Counted from the first letter of the whole stretch, positions 35,305 to 47,461 are shown. The stretch: DNA of 63,902 nt, filler included, from Octopus bimaculoides (GCF_001194135.2; 7 parts of 7 records of this genome joined end to end with filler, not necessarily neighbours in it), one strand, 5' to 3'. Notes: generated by a model not told the origin, from the letters alone. A program made the numbers and translations.

Positions 35305-36489
35305 CCCTGTCTGTCTGTTTGTCTGTCTCTGTCTGCCTCTCTCTCTCTCTCTCTGTCTCCATAAATCTATCTATTCTCAGAATCAGCTGTTTGCACTGTA
35401 GGAAGTGAGATGCAGAACCACAGTCAATGTCCACTTCTCCAGAATTAGAAACGGGCCGGTTAAAAAGCTTACATTATTTACACGCAGAAATAAAAGAAAA
35501 AACAAACAAACACTTGTATGGTTGTTGAGCCGTTCACAGTTAGATCAATATGCAAATACATGAGAGAACGAAAACAATAAAGAAATGTCGCTGACTGGCA
35601 TATAACAGTACTCTTCTAAAGCAAACTCATTTGGAACAGAACTTCCATATTCATATCTCGTAGATAACTACTTTGTAAATAACTAGATATTAATACGTTA
35701 GTTTAATCAATGCTTTTATCTAGATTTGAATACGAATTAATTTATCTGGATGATATGTTCGTGGGATGCAATTTGTAAACTTATATCAGTATAAGTTTGT
35801 CTCTCAATGTAGGAGAACGCAACAGCGTGAGTATGTAGTGTGTATGTAGTATGTATATAGTACCTATGAATCAACATATATTGCTGTATATGAAATTACT
35901 CTATTGACCTACGTTTGCTAACAAATTGGCCTGAGACAATGGAGAGGTAGATTTAAACTATAATAGGATAACAGGAATAACAAAAACCACATTTATTACT
36001 TGAAAAGTAGAGATAATAATAATATAACTTTCTAGCTTTCAAGTTTCATGCATTTGATAGCCAGCTCTTTCTTTTTCCATTACTTCTCTTCTCCCTCTCC
36101 TGTTCCCCTCTACGCCTTTCCTTCTACTCTGTATAATGGACACATAATTCAATATCTTGGGTGAGAATTGTGGTTAATTGAGGAATAATTCAGAATTATG
36201 TCTTAATTACATTGGAGAGACAGAGCAAATATTTTATTTAAATGTTTGTCGCAGCGTCCATGATACCTACGTAATTCATTAGTCTGTGTTTCTGCTGCAA
36301 ATTAAATTAGTACTTTTGGTTCTGCGGCTATACTACTAAGCTGGAATCACCAAGATTTACTGCGATAACAAACAGACATTAAAACGTGTTTTAGCAACAC
36401 TAAGAACATCGTGTAAGATGCCATCAGCTTTTATTATGTTACATTGGCCGGTTCATAAGTATTGAAATAAATTAGTAAATTGCCGTTTT

Positions 36490-36877
36490 CGTATACTGAT
36501 GTCTTATACATACATAGATAGGTACATACATACAATCATACATACATACATACATACATACATACATGCATACATACATACATACATACCCACATACATA
36601 CATACATACATAGGTACATACGTACATACATACATAAATACATGTATATATACATACATACATACATACATACATACATACACAGATAATGTATACAAAC
36701 ATAGATACCTACCTACGTACATACATACATACATACATACATATATACATATATAAGTGCATGCATACATACATTCATGCATACATACAAGCATACAAAC
36801 ATCAATCAGTCAATACATACATGCATTCATAAAGCATACCTCAATATCTCCATCCATCCATACATACACACATACAT

Positions 36878-36908
<31 letters not shown>

Positions 36909-36950
36909 TACATACATACATACATACATACATACATGCAGGCATAATAC
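36490..36950. repeat. (TACA)n compound tetranucleotide microsatellite
   Basis: Direct inspection. Confidence 0.95.
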
Positions 36951-37029
36951 ATACAAAGCTTTCAGCGTTTTATATATGAAAGGGTTTTTTGTATTATTGT
37001 AGCATTTATGTGCTTCAATATACTGAGGT

Positions 37030-38200
37030 GAGTTTGGAGGGGGTGGGTGGGGACGGAGGAGGAGATGAGGTCATTGATAGTGGAGGACACAGTCTGTTGG
37101 TAGCTGGGCGTAGGGTCCGAGGACAGAGGGCAGTAGAAGGAGGTGTCTTGAAATTGGCGGAGAGCTTCTGCCTTGTAGAGATCCGCGCGCCACACCACTA
37201 CGACTGCACCCTTGTTGGCCGGTTTTATGATGATGTCAGCGCGGCGTCGGAGACATCGAAGGGCCGAGAGTTCGGCTGGGGAGATGTTCAGATGACGGAG
37301 ACGGCTGGAAAAGTTAAATCGGTCCACAGCGCGCTGACAGGCGCCCGCAAAAAGCTCGACTGCTTGGAACTGGCCAGGAGCTAGCGTCCACAGGGATGGT
37401 CGGTGGCCAGGTCGGTGAAGCAGTCCTCATCATTAGATGCAGGTGGAGTGTCGCGGAAAAGCGCACACAATCGAACACGGCGCACAAAGCTGTGGATATC
37501 GGCACGATTCCGAAATTCGTTACCTGATACAGTGAGAGGCATGAAGCGCAGACCCTTACGGAGGAGGGAGCGCTCCTCCTCGGAGAGGGGCAGATCTGGA
37601 GGAATGGTAACAATAGACTGAAGTTGAGAAAGGGTGGATGGGATAGAAGAAGGAGGGGTAAATAGGATAGAAGTAGGAGGGGCGGTAGGAAGGATGGAAG
37701 GCTTGGAGGGAGAGGATGGGGTATATGTGTGTGTGGGGGGGCAGGGGTTGGGTGAGGGGGGTATCAGAGAGGGAAAGGGGGTAGTGGAGGAGTTAGGGTA
37801 GTGGCATCGAGTGTGATGGAAAGGAGGAGTGAGTGGAGTTTACGTTGTTTGGTGTGAGCGATAAAATTGATGAAAGAGATAATTTAAATGAATTATGTAA
37901 CGTAACGTAGTGTTGGCATGGGAGGGTGACTGAGTGTTGAAGAAGATGGAAAAAAGCAAGATGGAGAAGACGGCCGATGGTGTGTATTTTGGACAGATTA
38001 GAGCGAATGGTGGTACGCATAAGGTGGTAGGATGTAGTACGGAGTACGAGTAGGATGGTTGTAGTAGAGTGGAGATGGGTGGAAATGGAGGCGGGAAACC
38101 TTTAGGGATGAGGCGAAGATGTAAGCAGCGTCTGAGAAACGAATGTGACTACAAGCTAGATGTTTACCGCAGGCTTCTCTTGAGGGCGAAGTTGTCTGAT
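37030..38200 (-). pseudogene. Penelope-like element, 5' part of ORF (N-terminal domain to start of RT), with frameshifts and stops
   Basis: HSFLRRCLHLRLIPKGF; PPDLPLSEEERSLLRKGLRFMP; NISPAELSALRCLRRRADIIIKPANKGAVVVVW..Y..EA.RQ...Y..L..DPT. Confidence 0.88.
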
Positions 38201-38247
38201 GATATATATATATATATATATTTCATTTAAAATGCAGAGATGCCTAT

Positions 38248-38381
38248 AATAGGACATCTACTCGCTAGAAATAGCAGCAAAAGACTATATACCACAAAAA
38301 TTAGGGATAATTTCGAAATTATCCCTAATTTGTGTGGTATATAGTCTTTTGCTGCTATTTCTAGCGAGTAGATGTCCTATT
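38248..38381. repeat. Near-perfect 134-bp palindrome ending at a contig edge
   Basis: 67-bp arms centred on TTCGAA (38314/38315), one mismatch, no loop. Confidence 0.9.
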
Positions 38382-39050
38382 NNNNNNNNNNNNNNNNNNN
38401 NNNNNNNNNNNNNNNNNNNNNNNNNTTAATTAATTAANNNNNNNNNNNNNNNNNNNNNNNNNNNNNNNNNNNNNNNNNNNNAAAAAAAAAAAAAAAAAAA
38501 AAAAAAAGCAACTGACCAATGTAAAAAGAATGGGTAGCTTGAAAAGCAGAAAGATCATGTGTGCCTTTTGGAAAGGAACAGAAATTGATGGTGAAAGTGT
38601 GTGAAAGAAAGATAAAGAGTGAGAGCGAGGAAAGGCCGTACAGAGATAAAACAAAGTACAGATAGACAAAACATAAAAACTGAACAGACAAGAAGTTAGA
38701 GAAAAATAGATACTAAAAAGGAGAGAAGATCGTAAGATAAAACGAGAGAATAAATAGCTAAGGCAAGATACGTTTCCCACATCTGTATTCTGTAACTGGT
38801 TCTTGAAGATTTTGTTGAATTGGTCTGTTGTCCGATACGCTTCTTTTGCAAAAGAACATTATTTTACCACTTTAGAGCCCAATAGAGCAGCAGGTTTGGA
38901 CTTCAACGGCCCTCAGCAAAAAAAAAAAAAAAAAAAAAANNNNNNNNNNNNNNNNNNNNNNNNNNNNNNNNNNNNNNNNNNNNNNNNNNNNNNNNNNNNN
39001 NNNNNNNNNNNNNNNNNNNNNNNNNNNNNNNNNNNNNNNNNNNNNNNNNN

Positions 39051-39101
<51 letters not shown>

Positions 39102-39959
39102 GCTGTGAAGATCAAATAAACTAATAGTCACACCATTAGCGCTATCCTAGAATGTCCACAACCTTTGGCTGAAAGAAATAACAGTAGAGGTAAAAGTTAA
39201 ATTTAAACGCTAAAATAACTTATGTTGGCAGGTGACGAAACGTCCGGTAATAAAACATCTGATCACTGACTCTAACCAGTAAACACAAGCTAATTTAGTT
39301 TAAAAAGCTTTTATTAATAATAATAATAATAGAATTTCAGGTATTTGCAAGAAATTTCGAAATTAATTCAAAATTTCTATCCCCACATTTCAGTTTAATG
39401 ACATTTCAAATATTGATCATTTCGGTTTTGTAATATAAACATGAAATAGATATTATATTTATTAATTATTTCATTGTTCAGCACGCACTCATAGGGTAAA
39501 GCGTTGTCAAGATTATAACTACTCTTAACTTCTTATGCCAGTGCTGCGTTGAAGTAGTATAAATCAATAAAAGCAGCAGAATAGGCGGAAGTATGTTTCT
39601 CCCTGACATTGTAACAGCAAACAATGGCCGACATAGTTTAAGTCCTCCAATCCTTTTTGTCATTGGTATCTCACTGGCAAGATCCTGGATACGTCGTTAA
39701 GCAGCATCTAGTTCAGCTAGATCCACCAGGCGATCTAGCTGAATACCATTACACTACAATACAATAGATAGGGCTGGAATCCTCAATAGATCTTCCCTGC
39801 ATACTTCAGGGTAGGATTACCTACATCAGGATGCACTGGTGGTTTTAGCAACCGCCCGAAGCTCTCTATTTCCGCTATTAAAAAACTGAAAGTGTTCAAG
39901 TTGCTCCGTGGCCTTCGACTTCATACGTGAACTATTATTAAGCTCATTCATTTATACAG

Positions 39960-40043
39960 TTGATGCAGTTTTTATGATATTGAAAAATATAGACGAAAAA
40001 GGAAAACGCGAGAAATTTTTCCATGCACGAAATGGAAGCGGCA
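39960..40043 (+). CDS. Candidate exon (84 nt, phase 1-1): DAVFMILKNIDEKGKREKFFHARNGSG
   Basis: attcatttatacag acceptor, GCA|gtaagt donor, single open frame. Confidence 0.3.
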
Positions 40044-40720
40044 GTAAGTAACGTATCTCGACTATAGTTCAGCATTAGAATAACAGTTACAATATCTTTG
40101 GATAGATCATAGCTGCACTTAGTCGCCCTGCTAAATATGCATATATTAACCTTGAGGAACTGATTTTCTCACGGAATCGACAGAGATGGTTAACCCAAAT
40201 TCGGCGAAGACAGTCCATCAACAGGACAGTGGAAATCTACAGAAATTTTTACAAAGCTTTAACATTTGACAATTACTGCTGTCTGACATCCAGTAAAATA
40301 GACTTATACTTTTGTTCAGACCGACTACAGACATTAAAAAAGTGTTAAGAATAAAGAGCAGACATAAATACATATATAATTAGATAGGTAGGTAGACATA
40401 AATATATACATATGGAGATACATCCCTTATCACGTACACACATGAATGTAGTGGTTGTACGTGTCTATGTGTGTCAGAGAGAGAGAGAAAAGGTTTTGTG
40501 TGTGTGTGTGTGGTGAGAGATAAAGGGGTGGTTAGGGGTGGGTGAGAGAGACAGAAATGCATACGAAAGTCTGAGAGATTCGAGCAGGAGAAAGATTGTG
40601 TGAATATACATATGTAAATGTGTGTTTATATCAACATGCAGAAACAGGTACGCGCGCACCCCCCCCCCCTACACACATATACACGCGCGATCGCGCTCAC
40701 ACATATAACATACACATATG

Positions 40721-40860
40721 CAGACAGACAGGCACACGTATGTTGACAGACAGACAGTCAGACANNNNNNNNNNCAGGCACACGTATGTTGACAGACAGA
40801 CAGGCACACGTATGTTGACAGACAGACAGGCACACGTATGTTGACAGACAGACAGTCAGA
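40721..40860. repeat. 26-bp minisatellite CAGACAGACAGGCACACGTATGTTGA, about 4 copies, within a (CAGA)n region
   Basis: Direct inspection; interrupted by a 10-N gap. Confidence 0.85.
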
Positions 40861-40872
40861 CAAACTGACAGT

Positions 40873-40903
<31 letters not shown>

Positions 40904-41021
40904 CTAGCTAGCTAGATAGATAGATCTCATCAGTCGTATCAGTGAAAGTAACTTCCGACAGTATGTAATAAGGATATATATATGTGTATTTATGTATGCG
41001 TGTGTGTATGTATAGAGAAAA

Positions 41022-41110
<89 letters not shown>

Positions 41111-41243
41111 TGCATGTATCTATGCATACATGCATGTATAGTACGTATATATGTATGTTTAGGAATGTGTATGTATGTATATGTATGTATATGTGTATGA
41201 GTTTATGTGGGAAAACGACGATAATGATGATAGTCTTTTCCAG

Positions 41244-41324
41244 AATTTGTCACAAAGTATAAAATCGCGAATTTGGTGCTTCCAGACAAGGAAAGTCATT
41301 CCGGCTTTCAAGAAGAAATCCGTG
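41244..41324 (+). CDS. Candidate exon (81 nt, phase 1-1): FVTKYKIANLVLPDKESHSGFQEEIR
   Basis: gtcttttccag acceptor, GTG|gtaaca donor; phase-compatible with the 39960 candidate, but alternative splice sites exist. Confidence 0.22.
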
Positions 41325-41690
41325 GTAACACTTTTTACAGTTGTCTCAGCGATTATTTTCTCCAAAATTTACTCTGAAGAAAGGGGTAAGTCGATAGCAC
41401 AGTTCTTTGTCACTCATAGTGTGTGAGGAGAGAGGGACGACAATTCCACGATGATCTGTCTGTCATTATCTCTCTTAGGAGCAACAGTTCAACTTACTGG
41501 TTTGTTCATAGAATAATGCCGAGTTTCAGTGGCGGCTCATGTATAAGCACTGTGGAACTGCAGCACCCCCTATTTCAACTCAATATTATCGATTACATTC
41601 AATATAATGAGTCCTGTTTTCTTTAATTCTTTCTTCATTCTTGTACATTATATAATCCTTAAACTTAATTTCAGTAGCCATCTCCTAGTT

Positions 41691-41744
41691 TATAGGAGTG
41701 TGCGCTTGTATAGAAGTGTGCGCTTGTATAGAAGTGTGCGCTTT
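41691..41744. repeat. 18-bp tandem repeat TATAGAAGTGTGCGCTTG x3
   Basis: Direct inspection. Confidence 0.95.
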
Positions 41745-41813
41745 ACAGTTCTAGCGATGCGGTGTTTGGCTGTTGTGCGCATGCTCACATGTCGAGATAG
41801 GAAGCTTCACGCT

Positions 41814-41860
<47 letters not shown>

Positions 41861-41862
41861 GA

Positions 41863-43205
41863 GTACTGTCATTCACGCAGTACCGACCCCGGTGTGCTGG
41901 TGAAAGGTAGTGTTTCTTTTTGATTCTGCGTGTGTTGTGCTTAAAAACGTGTTTATATGCTTGAATGTGATAAAGTGTAGAATTAAATTATCCTGCTTCC
42001 AGCTATGTGGTAGAAAGTTCGGTACGGTAGAGGTGCGATTTACGAGTGAGGAAGAGGCGAAAAAGCACTCCACTGTACCCTTAAGAACGGCTAGGTGGGC
42101 ACTTTTACCTACCTATTGTGGAAGAAGAGCTGCACGTGTGAGAATTGGATGGGCACCTCCCGAAATAGACCCGGAATGGCTGGTTACAGCCATTATTCAT
42201 AACTGCAAAGATGAAGTGGAAGTTTTAAAAGTAAAAAAATCGAGAGAGATAAACTGGTGGGGATTTGGTGTAGATGCACTCGTACACATAACCCTACCAG
42301 ATCTGCACAACATAGCAGAAGAATTGGAGCTCCCCGACGGAACACAACTGAGAGTTGTAGTGGAGGGAAGACCACCAATATGTTACAAATGTAAAAGTAG
42401 GGGACACATGCAGGCGGTGTGTCCCCGCAGAGAAGTACAAGTGGAAAAAAGTAGAGGTCTGTGAAGAGGAGATGGTGGAAGGCGAACAAGAGGAGGTGGA
42501 GAAAAAGCAGGTGGAGACTGTGGAGTGCGAGAAAATTTCTCAAGAAACNNNNNNNNNNNNNNNNNNNNNNNNNNNNNNNNNNNNNNNNNNNNNNNNNNNN
42601 NNNNNNNNNNNNNNNNNNNNNNNNNNNNNNNNNNNNNNNNNNNNNNNNNNNNNNNNNNNNNNNNNNNNNNNNNNNNNNNNNNNNNNNNNNNNNNNNNNNN
42701 NNNNNNNNNNNNNNNNNNNNNNNNNNNNNNNNNNNNNNNNNNNNNNNNNNNNNNNNNNNNNNNNNNNNNNNNNNNNNNNNNNNNNNNNNNNNNNNNNNNN
42801 NNNNNNNNNNNNNNNNNNNNNNNNNNNNNNNNNNNNNNNNNNNNNNNNNNNNNNNNNNNNNNNNNNNNNNNNNNNNNNNNNNNNNNNNNNNNNNNNNNNN
42901 NNNNTTGCAAGAATAAAAGGATTAGTAAGACTTAAACTGGACCCTGAAGCGTTTGAAGGAAAAAAGAAAGCTATATTGGTGGAAGCACATGTGATGCAGA
43001 GACTGCAACAGATACACCCGGACAAGTTTCAAATAAGTGGATTATACGTGGGCTACGACACCCTGCCAAGTGTAGTAACGGTAGAGGAGCTGTGGCCACT
43101 TACAATTGTTAAAGAAAAAAAATGACCATAAACTGTATGAGAGAACTGTTAAATAAAACTGCGTGTTTTAGGGGACTCGTAAGCCATTTCATCACCTCAT
43201 TGTAA
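41863..43205 (+). mobile_element. Tx1/L1-type ORF1 (CCHC zinc knuckle) element with no ORF2 visible
   Basis: EGRPPICYKCKSRGHMQAVCP. A +1 slip in an A-run near 42445 separates it from a Glu-rich linker. Stop at 43125 and AATAAA at 43152. 356-N internal gap. Confidence 0.75.
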
Positions 43206-43679
43206 GTAATTCATTTCATTCATCATTCGTTCTTTGCACCCCACGTGCTGTATTGTTTTGTCTGTCCTTGTAGTGTCATCCCTCTGTGTAGTGGCCGCAG
43301 TGCCAAAATAAAGAAAAAGTTGAGTAGCAGTCGAGTAGAAGTTGTGTAGCGGTTGAGTAGAGATCGTCCGAAGGTACTAGATAGCAGTAGCTTGAGACAT
43401 AACAATGTGTTTGTTTCCCTTTACACAATGTTAAAACAACGGCTAACTTTATCTACGAGCTGCCACTACCGAATTCTACACTAATTCCAACGTTATTTGC
43501 AATCTTTGTAAGGGCTGCACTTGAGATCATGGCAGATACTATGATATGTAAAATGTATATCCACGCTGAAGTATGAATAAATGGCTGCCGAAACCTATCT
43601 AGGCTAAAATCCTCTAGGAAGTGCCGTGATATGTGCATTCATGATCAATACTAAATATGTTCTGCCGGAATCGAACATA

Positions 43680-44828
43680 CAGGGGTTGGACAAAATAATG
43701 GAAACACCTTGCATCATAGCATCAAATTTTGAAATATCTATAAAACCGTCAAAAGCTTGTTTATTTTTGTTTTTATTTTATTTATTATTAGTGATGCTTA
43801 ATATGTTTTGCTAAAATTGCTGTTTCTTTACAGATATCATCAGAAAAAGGTAATTAAAGTTCATTAAAATGACAGATCTATCGGACTTTCAAAGAGGTTG
43901 AATTGTTGGTGCTCGTATGGCAGGCGCTAGCGTAACGAAAAACAGCCTAAATGTTTAGTGTATCAAGAAGTACTGTCTCCAAAGTAATGACAACCTTTGA
44001 GAAAGAGGGAAAAATCTCCTCGTCGAAACAAAATTCCAGAAGAAAACCAAAGCTGTCAGATAGGGACCGTCGGACTATTACGCGAATTGTTAGAAAGGAT
44101 CACAAAAGTACAGCTCCCAAAATTATAGCAGAGCTTAATGACCACCTCGAGAACCAAGTTTCCATAAAAGCTGTTCGCCAGGAGCTATTTTCTTGGATGA
44201 GACATCCTTTACCTTATTTCCGATCACCAGCCGAGTATACGTGTGGAGATAGCCGAAAGAAGCATTTGACCCAAACTGCCTTCTTCCAACTGTTAAACAT
44301 GGAGGGTGATCTGTGATGATCTGGGGGCGCTGTATCTTCGAAATCCGCCGGCTCAATGATTTTCCTTCGTGGCAGAATTAATAGTCAAGACTATTTAAGC
44401 ATTTTATCTGTTCAAATTCATCCTATGGTTGCAGAACTGTTTCCGGAGGGAAACGCAATCTTTCAGGATGATAATGCACCAATTCACACAGCTAAAGTTG
44501 TTACTGAATGGCACGAGAAACATTCTAGTTTAAGTTGAACATCTTATCTGGCCACCACAGTCCCCACATCTCAATATTACTGAACATTTATGGTGCATTT
44601 TAGAAAAACAAGTAAGGAGTCGATATCCTCCACCATCATCACTACAAAAAGTGGAGACTGTTTTAGCTGAAGAATGGACAAAAATTCCTTTGGAAACAAT
44701 TCAAACTTTGTACGTGCCCATACCTCGTAGAATTGAAGCTGTAATTACTGCCGAAGGTGGTCCTACCCCATGTTAAAATAAATTTGTTTGAAATTTTAAG
44801 GTGTTTCCATTATTTTGTCCAATTCCTG
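43680..44828 (+). mobile_element. Tc1 (DD34E-type) DNA transposon, near full length, inactivated
   Basis: 31-bp TIRs CAGG(GG/AA)TTGGACAAAATAATGGAAACACCTT with TA on both sides. Transposase remnant 43869-44776 (TVKHGG, FQDDNAPIH, WPPQSPHLNITEHLW) with stops, frameshifts and an internal deletion. Confidence 0.95.
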
Positions 44829-45011
44829 TATATTTGGTGATACATGCGACTCATAGAGAACATGGTATGAGCGCTTGAAAGCACTCGAATCAGGATAATC
44901 AAGCGATGTCCCATTGTATGAGATTGATTGGGTACAAATGCCTGGGGGAAGTCAGCGATGATGAAGAATTATAACGAAAATGCCATTGTTGCAGAGGCGA
45001 AATGTAAGTAC

Positions 45012-45073
<62 letters not shown>

Positions 45074-46065
45074 NNNNNNNNNNNNNNNNNNNNNNNNNNN
45101 NNNNNNNNNNNNNNNNNNNNNNNNNNNNNNNNNNNNNNNNNNNNNNNNNNNNNNNNNNNNNNNNNNNNNNNNNNNNNNNNNNNNNNNNNNNNNNNNNNNN
45201 NNNNNNNNNNNNNNNNNNNNNNNNNNNNNNNNNNNNNNNNNNNNNNNNNNNNNNNNNNNNNNNNNNNNNNNNNNNNNNNNNNNNNNNNNNNNNNNNNNNN
45301 NNNNNNNNNNNNNNNNNNNNNNNNNNNNNNNNNNNNNNNNNNNNNNNNNNNNNNNNNNNNNNNNNNNNNNNNNNNNNNNNNNNNNNNNNNNNNNNNNNNN
45401 NNNNNNNNNNNNNNNNNNNNNNNNNNNNNNNNNNNNNNNNNNNNNNNNNNNNNNNNNNNNNNNNNNNNNNNNNNNNNNNNNNNNNNNNNNNNNNNNNNNN
45501 NNNNNAAAAAAAAAAAAAAAAAAAGAAAGAAGAAAGAAAGAAAGAAAAAAGCTGTCAAGTATCTAATAAACAGCAGGAATAAACAGCTTTGCAATGAAAT
45601 AAATATCGGTGCGGCGTTTGTTGTTTTGTATCATGATAAACAGTAAAAGTATATTTAACAGTTGCCACAATGCCTTCAGCCTAACCAGAGAATACAATAA
45701 AGTTTTCTGTCTCTTTATATACGTACATACATACATACATTCATTCATACATACATATACACATTAATATATGTATATATATATATATATTCATTAGTAG
45801 ACACACCCAAGAAGTGGATATCCGCCACAAGTGTGTGCGTGAAGTAGAGCAACAAGTAGTTAACTCGCTGAGAAGTCGCATTGATCGAGGAGTGGTTGAG
45901 GTGGTGTTAAAGTTCTGGGTGTGTTGAGGCTTGCAATCAAACAAGAAAATTATATGGTTGACTAAGAACAATGAATTGTAAGCTAGAACGAAAGTGAATA
46001 TCCAGAAATAATCGCTATCGTCATTATGATCATGATCATCATCATCATCGTCATCATCCTTATTA

Positions 46066-46240
46066 GGCGGCGAGCTAGCAGAATCGCTAGAACGCCTTAT
46101 TAAATGCTTAGCGGTATTTTGCAGGTCGTTACATGCCGAGTTCAAATTTCGCCAGAGTCGACTTTGCCCTTCATCCTTTCGGGCGTCGATAAAATAAATA
46201 TCAGACGAGCACTAAGTTCGATGTAATCGACTTACTCCCT
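46066..46240 (+). mobile_element. SINE family B (1st of a tandem triplet)
   Basis: Head and core present; tail short. Confidence 0.85.
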
Positions 46241-46249
46241 TATTATTTA

Positions 46250-46466
46250 GGCAGCGAGCTGGCAGAAACGTTAGCACGCCGGGCGAAATGCTTAGCAGTA
46301 TTTCACCTGTCTTTATGTTCTGAGTTCAAATTCCGCCGAGGGCGACTTTGTCTTTCATCCTTTCGGGGTTGATAAATTAAGTACCAGTTTCGTACTGGAG
46401 TCATTTCGATCGACTGGCCTCCTCCTCAAAAAAATTTCGGGCCTTGTGGCTAGAGTAGAAAAGAAT
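46250..46466 (+). mobile_element. SINE family B (2nd of triplet), tail type 2
   Basis: Full length. Confidence 0.9.
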
Positions 46467-46625
46467 CGTTAGCATGCTGGGCAAAATGCTCTGCGGCATT
46501 TCGTTTGTCTTTAGGTCGACTTCGCCTTTCATCCTTTCGGGGGATAAAACAAATACCAATTGAAGCCTGGGATCAATGTAACCAACCTACCCCTCCCCCA
46601 AACATGTTGGCCGTGTGTCAAAATT
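46462..46625 (+). mobile_element. SINE family B (3rd of triplet), internally deleted
   Basis: Begins at AGAAT, shared with the previous copy's tail. Confidence 0.8.
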
Positions 46626-46680
46626 ATTATTATTATTATTTGCACAGCTTCTAACGCTGGAGATGTATTTATAATAATAA

Positions 46681-46732
46681 CTAGCAGAGATACCCGGCCT
46701 TGCACGGATTAAAATGGCATAGATTTTGATTG
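46681..46732 (-). mobile_element. Helitron 3' end remnant
   Basis: Minus strand CCGTGCAAGGCCGGGTATCTCTG-CTAG|T. Confidence 0.55.
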
Positions 46733-47030
46733 CTTTACTTGTTTCAGTCATGTGACTGCGGCTATGGTGGAGCACCGCTGTTGGTCGAAGAAATCAACCA
46801 CAGGATTATTCTTTGTAAGCCTAGTACTCATTCTGTCAGTGTCTTTTACCAAACCGCTAAGTTACAGGAATGTAAACACAGCAATATCAGTTGTCAAGAA
46901 ATGGTGGGGTACAAACACAAGACACAGGCACACACATACACAAATATACACATATATACGACAGTGTTCTTTCAGTTTCCAAGTACGAAATCCACTCACA
47001 AGGTTTTGGTCAGCCTGAGGCTATAGTAAG
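46733..47030 (-). mobile_element. SINE family A, 5'-truncated
   Basis: Reverse complement of tail and body. Confidence 0.85.
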
Positions 47031-47053
47031 TATATATATATATATCATATATC

Positions 47054-47461
47054 GTGCGAATGGCTTTATTATACGGTGCCATATTTTACAATCTTGTAAA
47101 TAATAATAATGATATTTTTATATAAGCTGAAAGCTTATGCCGTTCACAGTGCAATGACTAACGAAAATAGTGTAATAATGGAGCATATAAGCCCTCGACA
47201 GAAAAAAAGAAGGCTTTCCCATCCGCGTAGGACGCGAATCCACATTCCTTTGTGAACATGACTGGGTGTGTTACCTTCACACACGGATAGGAAAGCCTTC
47301 TTTTTTCTGTCGAGTGCTTATATTCCTCGTTATTAGACTATTTTCCTTAGTCATTGCACGGTGAACGCCATAAACTTTAAGCTTATATTAAAAAAAATAC
47401 CATTATTATTATTATTTAGATGATTGTAAAATACGGCGTCGTATAACAAAACCATTTGCAC
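47054..47461. mobile_element. Large fold-back element with a tRNA-like loop
   Basis: About 175-bp inverted arms (47054-47228 / 47281-47461). Loop on minus strand reads TGTGAAGGTAACAC...GGATTCGCGTCC. TA-rich flanks. Confidence 0.78.

Noticed and set aside
41691-41744. CRISPR-like or iteron-like arrays (also 19836 and 40721)
   Set aside because: Contiguous tandem units without spacers, in a eukaryotic context with no cas genes
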